Positions 54,780 through 64,000 are shown, counted from the stretch's first letter. The stretch is 64,000 nucleotides of DNA from an uncultured Arcobacter sp. (GCA_964480765.1 CAYZST010000002.1:28485-92484); one strand, 5' to 3'. Notes: a model not told the origin generated them from the letters alone. A program made the numbers and translations.

Positions 54780-57452
54780 ATGTCAGATTTAAACTTAAAC
54801 GATATTGATCCAGCAGAAACATTGGAATGGATAGAGGCTTTAGATGCAGTTTTAGAAGAAGAGGGACCAAAAAGGGCTCATTTTCTTTTAGAAAAGCTAA
54901 TTGATAAAGCTAGAAGAAAAGGTACATATTTACCTTTTAATTCTACTACAGCTTATGTTAATACTATTCCAGTTGAACATGAGCCAAAGATGCCTGCTGA
55001 TCATGATTTAGAGAGAAAAATTAGATCTATTATTAGATGGAATGCGACTATTATGGTACAAAGAGCTTCTAAGAAAAATTTAGAACTTGGAGGGCATATT
55101 TCATCTTTTCAATCATCAGCTACATTATATGATGTTGGGTTTAATCACTTTTTTAGAGCTCCAAGTGAAAAAGATGGTGGAGACTTAATCTTTTTTCAAG
55201 GACATATTGCTCCTGGTATTTATGCAAGAAGTTTTGTTGAAGGAAGAATTACTCAAGAACAAATGGATAACTTTAGACAAGAGGCATTTGTAAATGGGTT
55301 ATCTTCATATCCACACCCTAAATTAATGCCAGATTATTGGCAATTTCCAACAGTATCAATGGGACTTGGTCCAATTCAAGCAATTTATCAAGCAAGATTT
55401 TTAAAATATCTAACTCATAGAGGTATAAAAGATTGTTCTGAGCAAAAAGTATATTGTTTTATGGGCGATGGTGAGTGTGATGAGCCAGAATCTTTAGGAG
55501 CAATTGGATTAGCAGGTAGAGAAGGTTTAGATAACCTTGTATTTGTTATTAATTGTAACTTACAAAGATTAGATGGCCCTGTTAGAGGTAATGGAAAAAT
55601 CATTCAAGAACTTGAAGGAAATTTTAGAGGAAACGGATGGGAAGTTACTAAAGTTATCTGGGGTAGACTTTGGGATGCTTTATTAAGAAAAGATAAGTCT
55701 GGAAAATTGTTAAAACTAATGGAAGAGACTGTTGATGGGGAGTACCAAAACTTTAAACAAAAAGGTGGTGCTTATACAAGAGAGCATTTCTTTAATAAAT
55801 ATCCTGAAACAGCAAAATTAGTAGAGAATATGTCTGATGATGAAATCTGGAGATTAAACAGAGGTGGACACGATCCTGTGAAAGTTTATGCTGCATTTAA
55901 AAAAGCAAAAGAGACTAAGGGTAGACCAACTGTAATTTTAGCTAAAACTGTAAAAGGTTATGGTATGGGTCAAGCAGCAGAGGGTAAAAATATTGCCCAT
56001 GGTGTAAAAAAAGTAGATACAGCTTCTTTAAGACAGTTTAGAGATAGATTTGATATTCCTGTTTCAGATGAAGAGATTGAAAATTTACCATACTATCAAC
56101 CAGATGAAGACTCTCCTGAAATGAAATATATGAAAGAAAGAAGAGCACAGTTAGGTGGATTTGTTCCCCAAAGAAGAGAAAAATTTACTGAAATATTAGA
56201 AATTCCTTCATTAGATGCTTTTAGTGCAGTTGTACAAGGTTCAGCAGATAGAGAGATTTCTACAACTATGGCTTTTGTTAGAATTTTAAATGTTTTAGTA
56301 AAAGATAAAAAAATTGGAAAAAGAATTGTTCCAATTGTTCCTGATGAAGCTAGAACATTTGGTATGGAAGGTATGTTTAGGCAAATTGGTATTTATTCAT
56401 CAGAAGGACAAAAATATATTCCTCAAGATAGAGACCAAGTAGCATATTATAAAGAGGATAAAAAAGGACAAGTACTTCAAGAGGGGATTAATGAATTAGG
56501 TGCAATGGGCTCTTGGATAGCAGCAGCAACTTCTTACTCAGTAAATAACTGTCCAATGATTCCTTTTTATATTTTCTATTCAATGTTTGGATTTCAAAGA
56601 ACTGGTGATATTTGCTGGGCGGCAGGTGACCAAAAAGCAAGAGGTTTCTTAGTGGGAGGAACATCTGGTAGGACAACATTAAATGGTGAAGGTTTACAGC
56701 ATGAAGATGGACATTCACATATTATTGCAAACACAATTCCAAATTGTGTAACTTATGATCCAACATATGGATATGAGTTAGCAGTTCTTATTCAAAATGG
56801 TATAGAAAGAATGTATGGTGAAAAACAAGAGGATATATTCTTTTACTTAACTACATTAAATGAAAATTATAAACAACCTGCAATGCCTGAAGGTGTGGAA
56901 GAAGGTATTATTAAAGGTATCTATAAATTTAAAGATGTAGAGGCTAAAAATAATCATAAAGTTAAGTTACTTAGTTCAGGTTCTATTTTTCAACAAGTAC
57001 TTGCTGCCTCACAGATTTTAGCAGATGAGTATGATATTGCATCTGAAGTTTATTCAGTGACTTCATACAATGAGTTAACAAGAGAAGCTCAAGAAGTTGA
57101 AAGAAGAAACTTATTAAATATTGATATGGAAGATGACGTTCCATATGTAGATCAAGTTCTTGGAAATGATGATGAAAATATCATTGTTTCTGCAACTGAT
57201 TATATAAAAGCTTATTCTGAACAATTAGTACCATTTGTAAAAGGTAGTTTTAAAGCACTTGGAACTGATGGTTTTGGTAGATCTGATTCTAGAGCTAATC
57301 TAAGAAGGTTCTTTGAAGTTGATACAAACTTTATTGTCTTCACAACATTAGCACAATTAGCTAAGTTGGGTAAAATTGAAAAATCTGTTGTTTCTGAAGC
57401 AATGAAGAAATATAATATTGATCCTAATAAAGATAATCCATTACATGCATAA
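54780..57452 (+). CDS. aceE: Pyruvate dehydrogenase E1 component (homodimeric AceE type)
   Basis: 890 aa with the ThDP motif 'GDGECDEPES…NCNLQRLDG'. Overall AceE-like length and order. Confidence 0.95.
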   Translation: MSDLNLNDIDPAETLEWIEALDAVLEEEGPKRAHFLLEKLIDKARRKGTYLPFNSTTAYVNTIPVEHEPKMPADHDLERKIRSIIRWNATIMVQRASKKNLELGGHISSFQSSATLYDVGFNHFFRAPSEKDGGDLIFFQGHIAPGIYARSFVEGRITQEQMDNFRQEAFVNGLSSYPHPKLMPDYWQFPTVSMGLGPIQAIYQARFLKYLTHRGIKDCSEQKVYCFMGDGECDEPESLGAIGLAGREGLDNLVFVINCNLQRLDGPVRGNGKIIQELEGNFRGNGWEVTKVIWGRLWDALLRKDKSGKLLKLMEETVDGEYQNFKQKGGAYTREHFFNKYPETAKLVENMSDDEIWRLNRGGHDPVKVYAAFKKAKETKGRPTVILAKTVKGYGMGQAAEGKNIAHGVKKVDTASLRQFRDRFDIPVSDEEIENLPYYQPDEDSPEMKYMKERRAQLGGFVPQRREKFTEILEIPSLDAFSAVVQGSADREISTTMAFVRILNVLVKDKKIGKRIVPIVPDEARTFGMEGMFRQIGIYSSEGQKYIPQDRDQVAYYKEDKKGQVLQEGINELGAMGSWIAAATSYSVNNCPMIPFYIFYSMFGFQRTGDICWAAGDQKARGFLVGGTSGRTTLNGEGLQHEDGHSHIIANTIPNCVTYDPTYGYELAVLIQNGIERMYGEKQEDIFFYLTTLNENYKQPAMPEGVEEGIIKGIYKFKDVEAKNNHKVKLLSSGSIFQQVLAASQILADEYDIASEVYSVTSYNELTREAQEVERRNLLNIDMEDDVPYVDQVLGNDDENIIVSATDYIKAYSEQLVPFVKGSFKALGTDGFGRSDSRANLRRFFEVDTNFIVFTTLAQLAKLGKIEKSVVSEAMKKYNIDPNKDNPLHA

Positions 57453-57459
57453 GGAGTAA

Positions 57460-59190
57460 ATGATGAGCAAAATTGTAGATATTTTTATTCCTGATTTAGG
57501 TGCAGATACTGATGTGGATTTAATTGAGATTATGGTTTCTGTTGGAGATGAAATAGAGGTTGAGGATGGACTTATTACACTTGAAACTGAAAAAGCTTCT
57601 ATGGATGTTCCAACTACACATGCAGGTATTGTAAAAGAGATACTTGTAAATGTTGGTGATAAAATGAATAGTGGTGATTTAATTGCAAGGGTCGAAGTTC
57701 AAGAAGAAGCTTCGGAGGAAACACCAGCAATTGAGGATGCTCCTCCTACTATAACAGAAACTTCTACATCTGAACAAGAGTTGCCATTAGTAACTGAAAC
57801 ATCATCTGAACCAATAAAATTAGAAGCTGTCGAAGCTGAATTGAAAGCTATCTCAGCAGCAGGTGCAGAAGTCTCTTGTCAATTTGTAAATGAACAAACT
57901 ATTTGTTCAGTGGTTGAAGAGGTACATATTCCAGATTTAGGTGCTGATAAAGATGTAGATTTAATTGATGTTATGGTTTCTGTTGGTGATACAGTAGAGT
58001 TTGAAGATGGTCTTATTACTTTAGAGACTGAAAAAGCTTCTATGGATGTTCCAGCTCCATTTGCAGGTGAAATTATTGAACTATTTGTAAATGCAGGAGA
58101 TAAAGTTAACTCTGGAGATTTAATTGCAAAAATGGTTAAAACTGTTGTAATGGAAAATAAAGTTCCAACTCCTGCAAAGATTGAAGTTTCTAAAGTAGAA
58201 GAAAAAACAGTTCCTGTATCTGTTCAAGAAGTTGCTGCTACCTCGTCAGTAGAAGGAACTGCTGTATTAACTCAAAAAGCTAAAAAAGTTTATGCCTCAC
58301 CATCTGTTAGAAGAGTTGCAAGAGAGTTTGGGGTTGATTTAAGTTTTGTAAAAGGAACTGGTAGAAAAGGAAGAATCTTAAAAGATGATATTAAAGCTTA
58401 TGTTAAAGAGCAGTTATCAAAACCTGTTGTTGCAGCTTCAAGTGGTACGGGTCTAGGATTTAACTTTCCAGAACTTAAAGAGATTGATTTCTCTATTTTT
58501 GGTGAAATAGAAACAGTTGAATTAAGTAGAATTCAAAAAATTTCTGGTCCTTCCTTACATAGAAACTGGGTATCTATGCCTCATGTCACTCAATTTGATG
58601 AAGCAGATATTACAGAGATGGAAAGCTTTAGAAAAGAGCAAAATGCAGTTGCAGATGGATTTAAACTATCTCCATTAGTATTTGTCTTAAAAGCTGTTGC
58701 AAAAGCATTAGAGATTCATCCAAAATTTAATGCTTCATTAAGTCCAGATGGTCAAAGTTTGATTATGAAAAAATATTTCCATATAGCAGTTGCTGTTGAT
58801 ACTCCAAATGGTCTAGTAGTTCCTGTAATTAGAGATGTTAATAAAAAAGGTTTCAAACAAATAGCCCTTGAGTTAAAAGAGATTTCGAAAAAAGCAAGAG
58901 AAGGAAAATTAAAGACACAAGATATGCAAGGTGCTTCATTTACAATCTCTTCTTTAGGTGGAATTGGAGGAACTAAGTTTACTCCAATTATTAATGCTCC
59001 TGAAGTGGCAATTTTAGGTTTATCTAAATCTGAAATGAAACCAGTTTGGAATGGAGAAAACTTTGCACCAAGATTAATGTTACCACTATGTTTATCTTAT
59101 GATCATAAAGTAATTGATGGTGCAGATGGTGCAAGATTTACAACTACAATATCTAAGCTATTAAGCGATATTAGATTATTAAGTCTATAA
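57460..59190 (+). CDS. aceF: Dihydrolipoyllysine-residue acetyltransferase E2 with two lipoyl domains
   Basis: Two 'LETEKASMDVP' lipoyl-Lys motifs, Ala/Pro/Glu linkers, a peripheral subunit-binding domain 'ASPSVRRVAREFGVDL' and the catalytic 'DHKVIDGA'. Confidence 0.95.
   Translation: MMSKIVDIFIPDLGADTDVDLIEIMVSVGDEIEVEDGLITLETEKASMDVPTTHAGIVKEILVNVGDKMNSGDLIARVEVQEEASEETPAIEDAPPTITETSTSEQELPLVTETSSEPIKLEAVEAELKAISAAGAEVSCQFVNEQTICSVVEEVHIPDLGADKDVDLIDVMVSVGDTVEFEDGLITLETEKASMDVPAPFAGEIIELFVNAGDKVNSGDLIAKMVKTVVMENKVPTPAKIEVSKVEEKTVPVSVQEVAATSSVEGTAVLTQKAKKVYASPSVRRVAREFGVDLSFVKGTGRKGRILKDDIKAYVKEQLSKPVVAASSGTGLGFNFPELKEIDFSIFGEIETVELSRIQKISGPSLHRNWVSMPHVTQFDEADITEMESFRKEQNAVADGFKLSPLVFVLKAVAKALEIHPKFNASLSPDGQSLIMKKYFHIAVAVDTPNGLVVPVIRDVNKKGFKQIALELKEISKKAREGKLKTQDMQGASFTISSLGGIGGTKFTPIINAPEVAILGLSKSEMKPVWNGENFAPRLMLPLCLSYDHKVIDGADGARFTTTISKLLSDIRLLSL
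57484..58137 (+). repeat. Intragenic tandem duplication encoding the two lipoyl domains
   Basis: About 213 nt at 57484-57696 is repeated at 57925-58137 (offset 441 nt). It encodes IPDLGAD…GLITLETEKASMDVP…SGDLIA in both copies. Confidence 0.85.
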
Positions 59191-59191
59191 G

Positions 59192-60634
59192 GTGTCTATT
59201 ATGAATGAAATAAAAGGGCAAGTATTAGTAATTGGAGCAGGACCTGGTGGATATTCTGCTGCTTTTAGATGTGCAGACTTAGGTTTAGATACAGTATTAG
59301 TTGAGAGACACCCAACTTTAGGTGGTGTATGTTTAAATGTTGGTTGTATCCCTTCAAAAGCATTACTACATGTTGCAAAAGTGATTGAAGAGGCTGAACA
59401 TATTGAACATGCAGGTATTAAATTTTCTAAACCAGAAATTGATTTACCAAGTGTTGCAGCATATAAATCAGGAGTTGTAAAAAGACTTACTGACGGTTTA
59501 GCAGCAATGGCTAAAATGAGAAAAGTAACTATTATTCAAGGTATTGCAAAATTTGTTGATGAATACTCAGTTATTGTTGAGCATACTGATAAAAAGAGTG
59601 AATCAACTAAGGTTATTTTTGATAGTTGTATTATTGCAGCAGGAAGTCAGAGTTCAAAAATGTCTTTTATTCCTCATGAAGACCCAAGAATTTGGGATTC
59701 AACAAATGCCTTAGAAGTTAAAGAAGTTCCAAAAAGATTACTTGTAATGGGTGGTGGTATTATTGGACTTGAAATGGGTACAGTATATCAAAAACTAGGT
59801 TCTAAGGTGGATGTTGTTGTTAGAGGACCACAAGTTATGACTGGTACAGATAAAGATATTGTAAAGGTTTATACAAAAGCAAATGAGAAGAGATTTAACT
59901 TTATGTTTAAAACTCAAACTCAGGCTATTATTCCTAAACAAGATGGTATCTATGTAGAGTTTAAAGGAGATAATGCACCTGAGCCTCAAACCTATGATGC
60001 GGTATTAGTTGCAATGGGTAGAACCCCAAATGGTTTAAAATTAGGTTTAGAAAGTACTGGTGTAGAAGTAGATGAGTATGGATTTATCTTAGTTGATAAT
60101 CAAATGAGAACAAAAGTTCCTCATATTTTTGCTATAGGTGATATTATTGGTGGACCAATGTTAGCACATAAAGCAGTTCATGAAGGTCATGTTGCAGCAG
60201 AGGTTATCGCAGGACATAAAGTTTTCTTTGAGCCAAAGCAAATTCCAGGAATTGCATATACTTTCCCAGAAATTGCAACAGCGGGTCTTAGTGAAATTGA
60301 AGCAAAGGAAGCGGGAATTGATTACGAAGTAGCAACTTTTCCTTGGTCAGCTTCTGGTAGAGCTTTAGCAGCAGATGTTGCTGGTGCTGGTATGACAAAA
60401 TTAATTTTTGATAAAGAGAGTCATCAATTAATAGGTGGAGCAATTGTTGGAGATAATGCAGGTGAATTATTAGGTGAAATTTCCCTTGCATTAGAGATGG
60501 ATTGTGATGCAGAGGATATTGGATTAACAATTCATGCTCACCCAACACTACATGAATCCGTAGGTATGTGTGCGGAAATTTTCCATGGAAGTATTACAGA
60601 TTTACCAAATCCAAAAGCTATAAAGAAGAAGTAA
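59192..60634 (+). CDS. lpdA: Dihydrolipoyl dehydrogenase E3
   Basis: 'GAGPGGY', redox-active 'GGVCLNVGCIPSK' and C-terminal 'HAHPTLHE'. The start is GTG 59192 or ATG 59201. Confidence 0.95.
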   Translation: MSIMNEIKGQVLVIGAGPGGYSAAFRCADLGLDTVLVERHPTLGGVCLNVGCIPSKALLHVAKVIEEAEHIEHAGIKFSKPEIDLPSVAAYKSGVVKRLTDGLAAMAKMRKVTIIQGIAKFVDEYSVIVEHTDKKSESTKVIFDSCIIAAGSQSSKMSFIPHEDPRIWDSTNALEVKEVPKRLLVMGGGIIGLEMGTVYQKLGSKVDVVVRGPQVMTGTDKDIVKVYTKANEKRFNFMFKTQTQAIIPKQDGIYVEFKGDNAPEPQTYDAVLVAMGRTPNGLKLGLESTGVEVDEYGFILVDNQMRTKVPHIFAIGDIIGGPMLAHKAVHEGHVAAEVIAGHKVFFEPKQIPGIAYTFPEIATAGLSEIEAKEAGIDYEVATFPWSASGRALAADVAGAGMTKLIFDKESHQLIGGAIVGDNAGELLGEISLALEMDCDAEDIGLTIHAHPTLHESVGMCAEIFHGSITDLPNPKAIKKK

Positions 60635-60637
60635 TCC

Positions 60638-60667
60638 TATAAAGAGAAGAGTTTTCTTCTCTTTATA
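60638..60667. terminator. 12-bp-stem hairpin between convergent lpdA and the response-regulator gene
   Basis: TATAAAGAGAAG(60638-60649)/CTTCTCTTTATA(60656-60667) with loop AGTTTT. Overlaps the last codons of the minus-strand gene. Confidence 0.6.
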
Positions 60668-61628
60668 AATCTGATGTATCCTCTTTTACTTTATATAAAG
60701 AGTAATCAGCTCTTTGAATAAAAGATGAAATAGAGTCTCCCTCTTTATATGTAGCTAATCCTAAACTAGCCGTAACTTTTCCAATTTTATCAAAATTTTT
60801 TTCTTTAATAATTTTTTTTAACTTTTCTACAATGATAAAAGCATCATTCATATGAGTTCTTTCTAAAATAATAACAAACTTTTCATCTTTCCATCTTCCA
60901 ATAATATCCGTGATTCTTATACTATTTTTTAAAAGATTAGCAAACTCAATTAAAACTTCATCTCCTATTAAATAACCATAATTATCGTTGATTAATGTAA
61001 AATCATCTATATAAATAAGTATCATGATGAAATTTTTTTCATTTGAATTATTTTTTAATCTTTCAAACTTTTCATAAAGTAAATTATCTAAAAATTTTCT
61101 ATTATATGTGGAAGTTAATTTATCTTTAACTGCTTGTTCATTTAATAGTCTATTCTCTTTTTCTAGTCTAAAAAGTTTTTTTTCAAAATCTATATAGTTT
61201 TTTTCTCTTTTTATTTTATTAACAATTGAAGAGAAATTGGTAAGAAAATCTCGATAATCAACAGGTTTTCTTAAAAATTTATATACACCAATCTCAATAA
61301 GCTTTAAAAGTTTGACTGATTCTGTATGTGCAGAGATTACAACAATTACCTGATGGGGATTTTGATTCATTATTTTTTGTACAAACTCAATACCATCCAT
61401 TTTTGGCATACTTAAATCAGTTATAATAATGTCATAGAATAATTCATTTTTATAATTAAATTCTTCATATTTTTTAAGTGCAATTAAACCATCATCTGCA
61501 ATATCTATATTTGAGAAAAAGTTTTTAAGTAGCTTTAAAAGTTGTTCTCTTACTTCTTTATTATCTTCAACAAATAAAACATTTAAACTTTTACCATAGT
61601 TAATTAATTTTTTTAGTTCGCTTGACAT
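60663..61628 (-). CDS. Response regulator with degenerate GGDEF domain (REC-GGDEF, signature reads KDEKF)
   Basis: REC motifs 'VLFVEDNKE', 'IIITDLSMPKMDG' and 'FLRKPV'. GGDEF-domain motifs 'LTSTYNRKF' and 'DDFTLINDNYGYLIGDEVL'. 'RWKDEKFVIIL' sits where RxGGDEF is expected. Confidence 0.85.
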   Translation of the reverse strand: MSSELKKLINYGKSLNVLFVEDNKEVREQLLKLLKNFFSNIDIADDGLIALKKYEEFNYKNELFYDIIITDLSMPKMDGIEFVQKIMNQNPHQVIVVISAHTESVKLLKLIEIGVYKFLRKPVDYRDFLTNFSSIVNKIKREKNYIDFEKKLFRLEKENRLLNEQAVKDKLTSTYNRKFLDNLLYEKFERLKNNSNEKNFIMILIYIDDFTLINDNYGYLIGDEVLIEFANLLKNSIRITDIIGRWKDEKFVIILERTHMNDAFIIVEKLKKIIKEKNFDKIGKVTASLGLATYKEGDSISSFIQRADYSLYKVKEDTSDL

Positions 61629-61715
61629 ACAAAAACTTTTCTGAGCTAATATATAAAAATATATTATTTTATTAATTATATGATTATAGCCAAAAAATTA
61701 AATTAAAAGAAATAA

Positions 61716-62465
61716 TTAAATAAATTTTTTATACTTAAGTTTATATCCATGAGAGTAAATTGATTCAAATAATTCACAATCAAGTTTAGTTTTCAGTCTT
61801 GATACAAGGTTTCTTACTCTTTTATTATTTGAACTAAAATCTGTAAAAATAAATGTCTCTATTTCATCATAAGTTTTTAATGAACCTTTAGAGTTTATGA
61901 ATAATGTAAAAAGTTTTATTTCATTTTTGGTTAACTTCATGGCTTCATTATTTTTATAAAGAAGTGATTCTTCTGTATTCCAGATAAAATCATTTTCAAG
62001 ATGTACAATATGTTTTGTAGATGGTGTTAATCTATTTTTTTCTATAACATTCATTAGTGAATTAGATATCTGTTCTATACTATATGGTTTAAGAATATAG
62101 CCATCAATTCCTGCACTAATTGTTTTTAAGAAGTAATCTGTATTATTATGTGCTGAAAATATAATTATAGGGATAGTTTTATTATGCTCTCTTATTGAGT
62201 AAATCATTGATATACCATCAATAACAGGCATTTCAATATCTGTAATAATTAAGTCAAATGATGTAGAGTCATGTTTATTGTTTGAATTAAAATATTTTAG
62301 TCCTTCCTCACCATTGTTAGCAATAGTAATATCATCGAAAAAAATTTTCAACATTTTAAGTGTTTGAATTCTTACATCTTGATTATCTTCTATGTATAAG
62401 ACTTTGATATTCTTAGTTATTGAAATTATTTTTTTTAAATTATCTTGATTCATAATATATTTCAC
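61716..62465 (-). CDS. OmpR/PhoB-type response regulator (REC plus winged-helix)
   Basis: REC motifs 'VLYIEDNQD', 'LIITDIEMPVIDG' and 'YILKPY'. C-terminal 'LTKNEIKLFTLF…VRNLVSRLKTKL…GYKL'. Confidence 0.8.
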   Translation of the reverse strand: MKYIMNQDNLKKIISITKNIKVLYIEDNQDVRIQTLKMLKIFFDDITIANNGEEGLKYFNSNNKHDSTSFDLIITDIEMPVIDGISMIYSIREHNKTIPIIIFSAHNNTDYFLKTISAGIDGYILKPYSIEQISNSLMNVIEKNRLTPSTKHIVHLENDFIWNTEESLLYKNNEAMKLTKNEIKLFTLFINSKGSLKTYDEIETFIFTDFSSNNKRVRNLVSRLKTKLDCELFESIYSHGYKLKYKKFI

Positions 62466-62502
62466 CTTCTATATTGTATTAATTATATATTAAATTTCTT
62501 TG

Positions 62503-62559
62503 AAATATAATAAAATTTTTTTATAAATATAATAAAAAAATGCAATAAATATAATAAAA
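62503..62559. repeat. Three direct repeats AAATATAATAAAA with 22-bp period upstream of the OmpR-type regulator gene
   Basis: Identical 13-mers at 62503-62515, 62525-62537 and 62547-62559, 38-94 bp upstream of the start at 62465 (minus strand). Confidence 0.7.
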
Positions 62560-62591
62560 AAACTAATTAATTTTTATTTATAAGATTAAGC

Positions 62592-62623
62592 TTAGTTAGA
62601 CCTATTTAATTGGGTCTAACTAA
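62592..62623 (-). terminator. Hairpin downstream of ccsBA
   Basis: TTAGTTAGACC(62592-62602)/GGTCTAACTAA(62613-62623), an 11-bp stem with a 10-nt loop, 7 nt past the ccsBA stop on the minus strand. Confidence 0.55.
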
Positions 62624-62629
62624 TTAGGA

Positions 62630-64000
62630 TTAATTTTTTATATGATTGATTTCATCTTTAAGATTTCTATTTTTATATGCTAATGCAATAGTTAAAAATA
62701 CTCCAGCTGTTACATAATATACCCACATTGGAATTGGTACTGGGTCACCTGTTGCATAAGAGTGCATTCCTGATAAATAGAAGTTTACGCCAAAATAAGT
62801 CATTAAAATAGTTGCAAAAGCTAATAATGCACTTACTGAGAATACAAATGGTGTATTTAAAGCTTTTACAAATCTTAAGTGTATAACAATAGTATATGTA
62901 ACAATTGCTACATAAGACCATGTCTCTTTAGGATCCCATCCCCAATATCTACCCCAAGACTCATTTGCCCATACACCTCCAAGGAAGTTTCCAATTACAA
63001 TAGCACTTAATCCAATAATTAATGAAATTTCATTAATTGCTGTAATATGTTTAATAGTTTCATCTAAATGAGGTCTATTTTTTCTAAAAATAAACATAAT
63101 TAATGCCATAAATCCTAATATAGCACTAAGTCCAAAGAAACCATAAGAAGCTGTTAATATAGATACGTGAATTGTCAACCAATATGATTTAAGTACAGGT
63201 ACTAAGTTTGTAATTTGTGGGTCAATTGATGTTAAGTGAGCAGTAAACATAAAAATAGCTGCCACTATTACCCCAGCACTAAGTGCAAGGAATGATTTTC
63301 TAAAGAAAATTACTGCTGCAAATACTGCTGACCAAGAGATATAAAGTAGTGATTCATATGTATTTGACCAAGGTGCATGTCCAGAAATAACCCATCTAAA
63401 TCCCATTCCAAATGTATGTATAGCAAAAAGAAGTGCTAGAATTGTAAAGAATACAAATGCTGTTTTTCTTGGTTTAATTTTTGGATTAAATACAATAATA
63501 AATGCAACAATTAACATTACTAAACCTAAAAATAGATAAGCCAATGTTAAATTTTTAAAAATTGAAAGTTTATTAAACATGATTTCATTATTGATTTGAG
63601 AATCACTTGGCATAACCTCTGCACCAACACTTCTTTGATATTGGTAAATCATTTCAATAAACTTATTTGATAGTTCCCAGTTTTCACTTACAACAGAGTT
63701 AATAAAACCTCTAATTAGTGACTCAATTGCTTGTTGATTTTCTCCTTTAAATGTTTTAATTGCATTTAATGGAGCATACCACGTATTATTATCATTTGTA
63801 TTTGGTTGAGGAAATATTCTAAATAGATTTCCATTATAAACCATATATGAGATGTTTAGTTTTTCATCTAATTTGATGATATCTTTCTCATAAGTACCTC
63901 TTTCATTTGGCTTAGTCATAAAGGCTTTTTGTGCTTCATCTTGTAAAATATATTTACCATCTTTAAATACTTCTGCGAAAGAGATATATTTTCTACTTTC
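62630..64000 (-). CDS. ccsBA: Cytochrome c biogenesis protein CcsBA/CcsA (System II), 5' end outside the window
   Basis: WWD motif 'WGRYWGWDPKETW' and multiple TM helices. The reading frame stays open from the track's first Met (63919) to base 64000 (…ESRKYISFAEVFKDGKYILQDEAQKAF-MTKP…). The gene is therefore truncated by the window edge, consistent with the long fused CcsBA of Campylobacterota. Confidence 0.85.
   Translation of the reverse strand, partial: ESRKYISFAEVFKDGKYILQDEAQKAFMTKPNERGTYEKDIIKLDEKLNISYMVYNGNLFRIFPQPNTNDNNTWYAPLNAIKTFKGENQQAIESLIRGFINSVVSENWELSNKFIEMIYQYQRSVGAEVMPSDSQINNEIMFNKLSIFKNLTLAYLFLGLVMLIVAFIIVFNPKIKPRKTAFVFFTILALLFAIHTFGMGFRWVISGHAPWSNTYESLLYISWSAVFAAVIFFRKSFLALSAGVIVAAIFMFTAHLTSIDPQITNLVPVLKSYWLTIHVSILTASYGFFGLSAILGFMALIMFIFRKNRPHLDETIKHITAINEISLIIGLSAIVIGNFLGGVWANESWGRYWGWDPKETWSYVAIVTYTIVIHLRFVKALNTPFVFSVSALLAFATILMTYFGVNFYLSGMHSYATGDPVPIPMWVYYVTAGVFLTIALAYKNRNLKDEINHIKN

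Noticed and set aside
57484-58137. DNA repeat of about 213 nt considered as a possible mobile or recombination element.
   Set aside because: It lies entirely within aceF and encodes the two lipoyl domains in frame. This is an ordinary domain duplication.

Overview
This is a strongly AT-rich bacterial chromosomal segment. Its gene content fits an Arcobacter-group member of the Campylobacterota: a fused CcsBA-type cytochrome c synthase, a periplasmic selenocysteine formate dehydrogenase next to tupABC, many two-component proteins, and a soluble MCP. That assignment is inference; no database search was possible. I support about 56 protein-coding genes. I recognised no rRNA, tRNA, CRISPR array, transposase, integrase, phage or canonical defence genes.

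Layout:
- 1-12.4 kb: one co-directional block for a Tat-exported Sec-containing formate dehydrogenase (chaperone, small Tat protein, fdhA with in-frame UGA plus SECIS-like hairpin, fdhB, fdhC, fdhD). It also carries cofactor genes (NifS-like, moeA), the tungstate transporter tupABC and two HTH-only ModE-like regulators.
- 12.6-31.3 kb: mixed housekeeping genes (HMGL-like aldolase, soluble MCP, mutS2, DUF748/AsmA-like giant, dapE, Crp/Fnr plus DMT, DsbC-like, HxlR plus nitroreductase, ornithine cyclodeaminase plus arginase-family, thiI, ABC-F, thioesterase).
- 31.6-40.6 kb: two paralogous binding-protein/histidine-kinase/response-regulator modules flanking ligA.
- 41-45.7 kb: class I fumarase, PepD-like peptidase, flavin reductase, an unknown protein.
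- 46.0-52.8 kb: the most unusual locus. An operon carries three CitE/HpcH-like lyase domains, a mesaconyl-CoA-hydratase-like double hotdog protein and an AMP-forming ligase fused to a divergent CitE-like domain, with a divergent IclR regulator.
- 52.9-60.6 kb: lipA/lipoyl-transferase divergent from aceE-aceF-lpdA.
- 60.7-64.0 kb: two orphan response regulators and a CcsBA gene running off the right edge.

All calls rest on by-eye motif recognition in the supplied translations and on the nucleotide sequence. None has been verified by a search.
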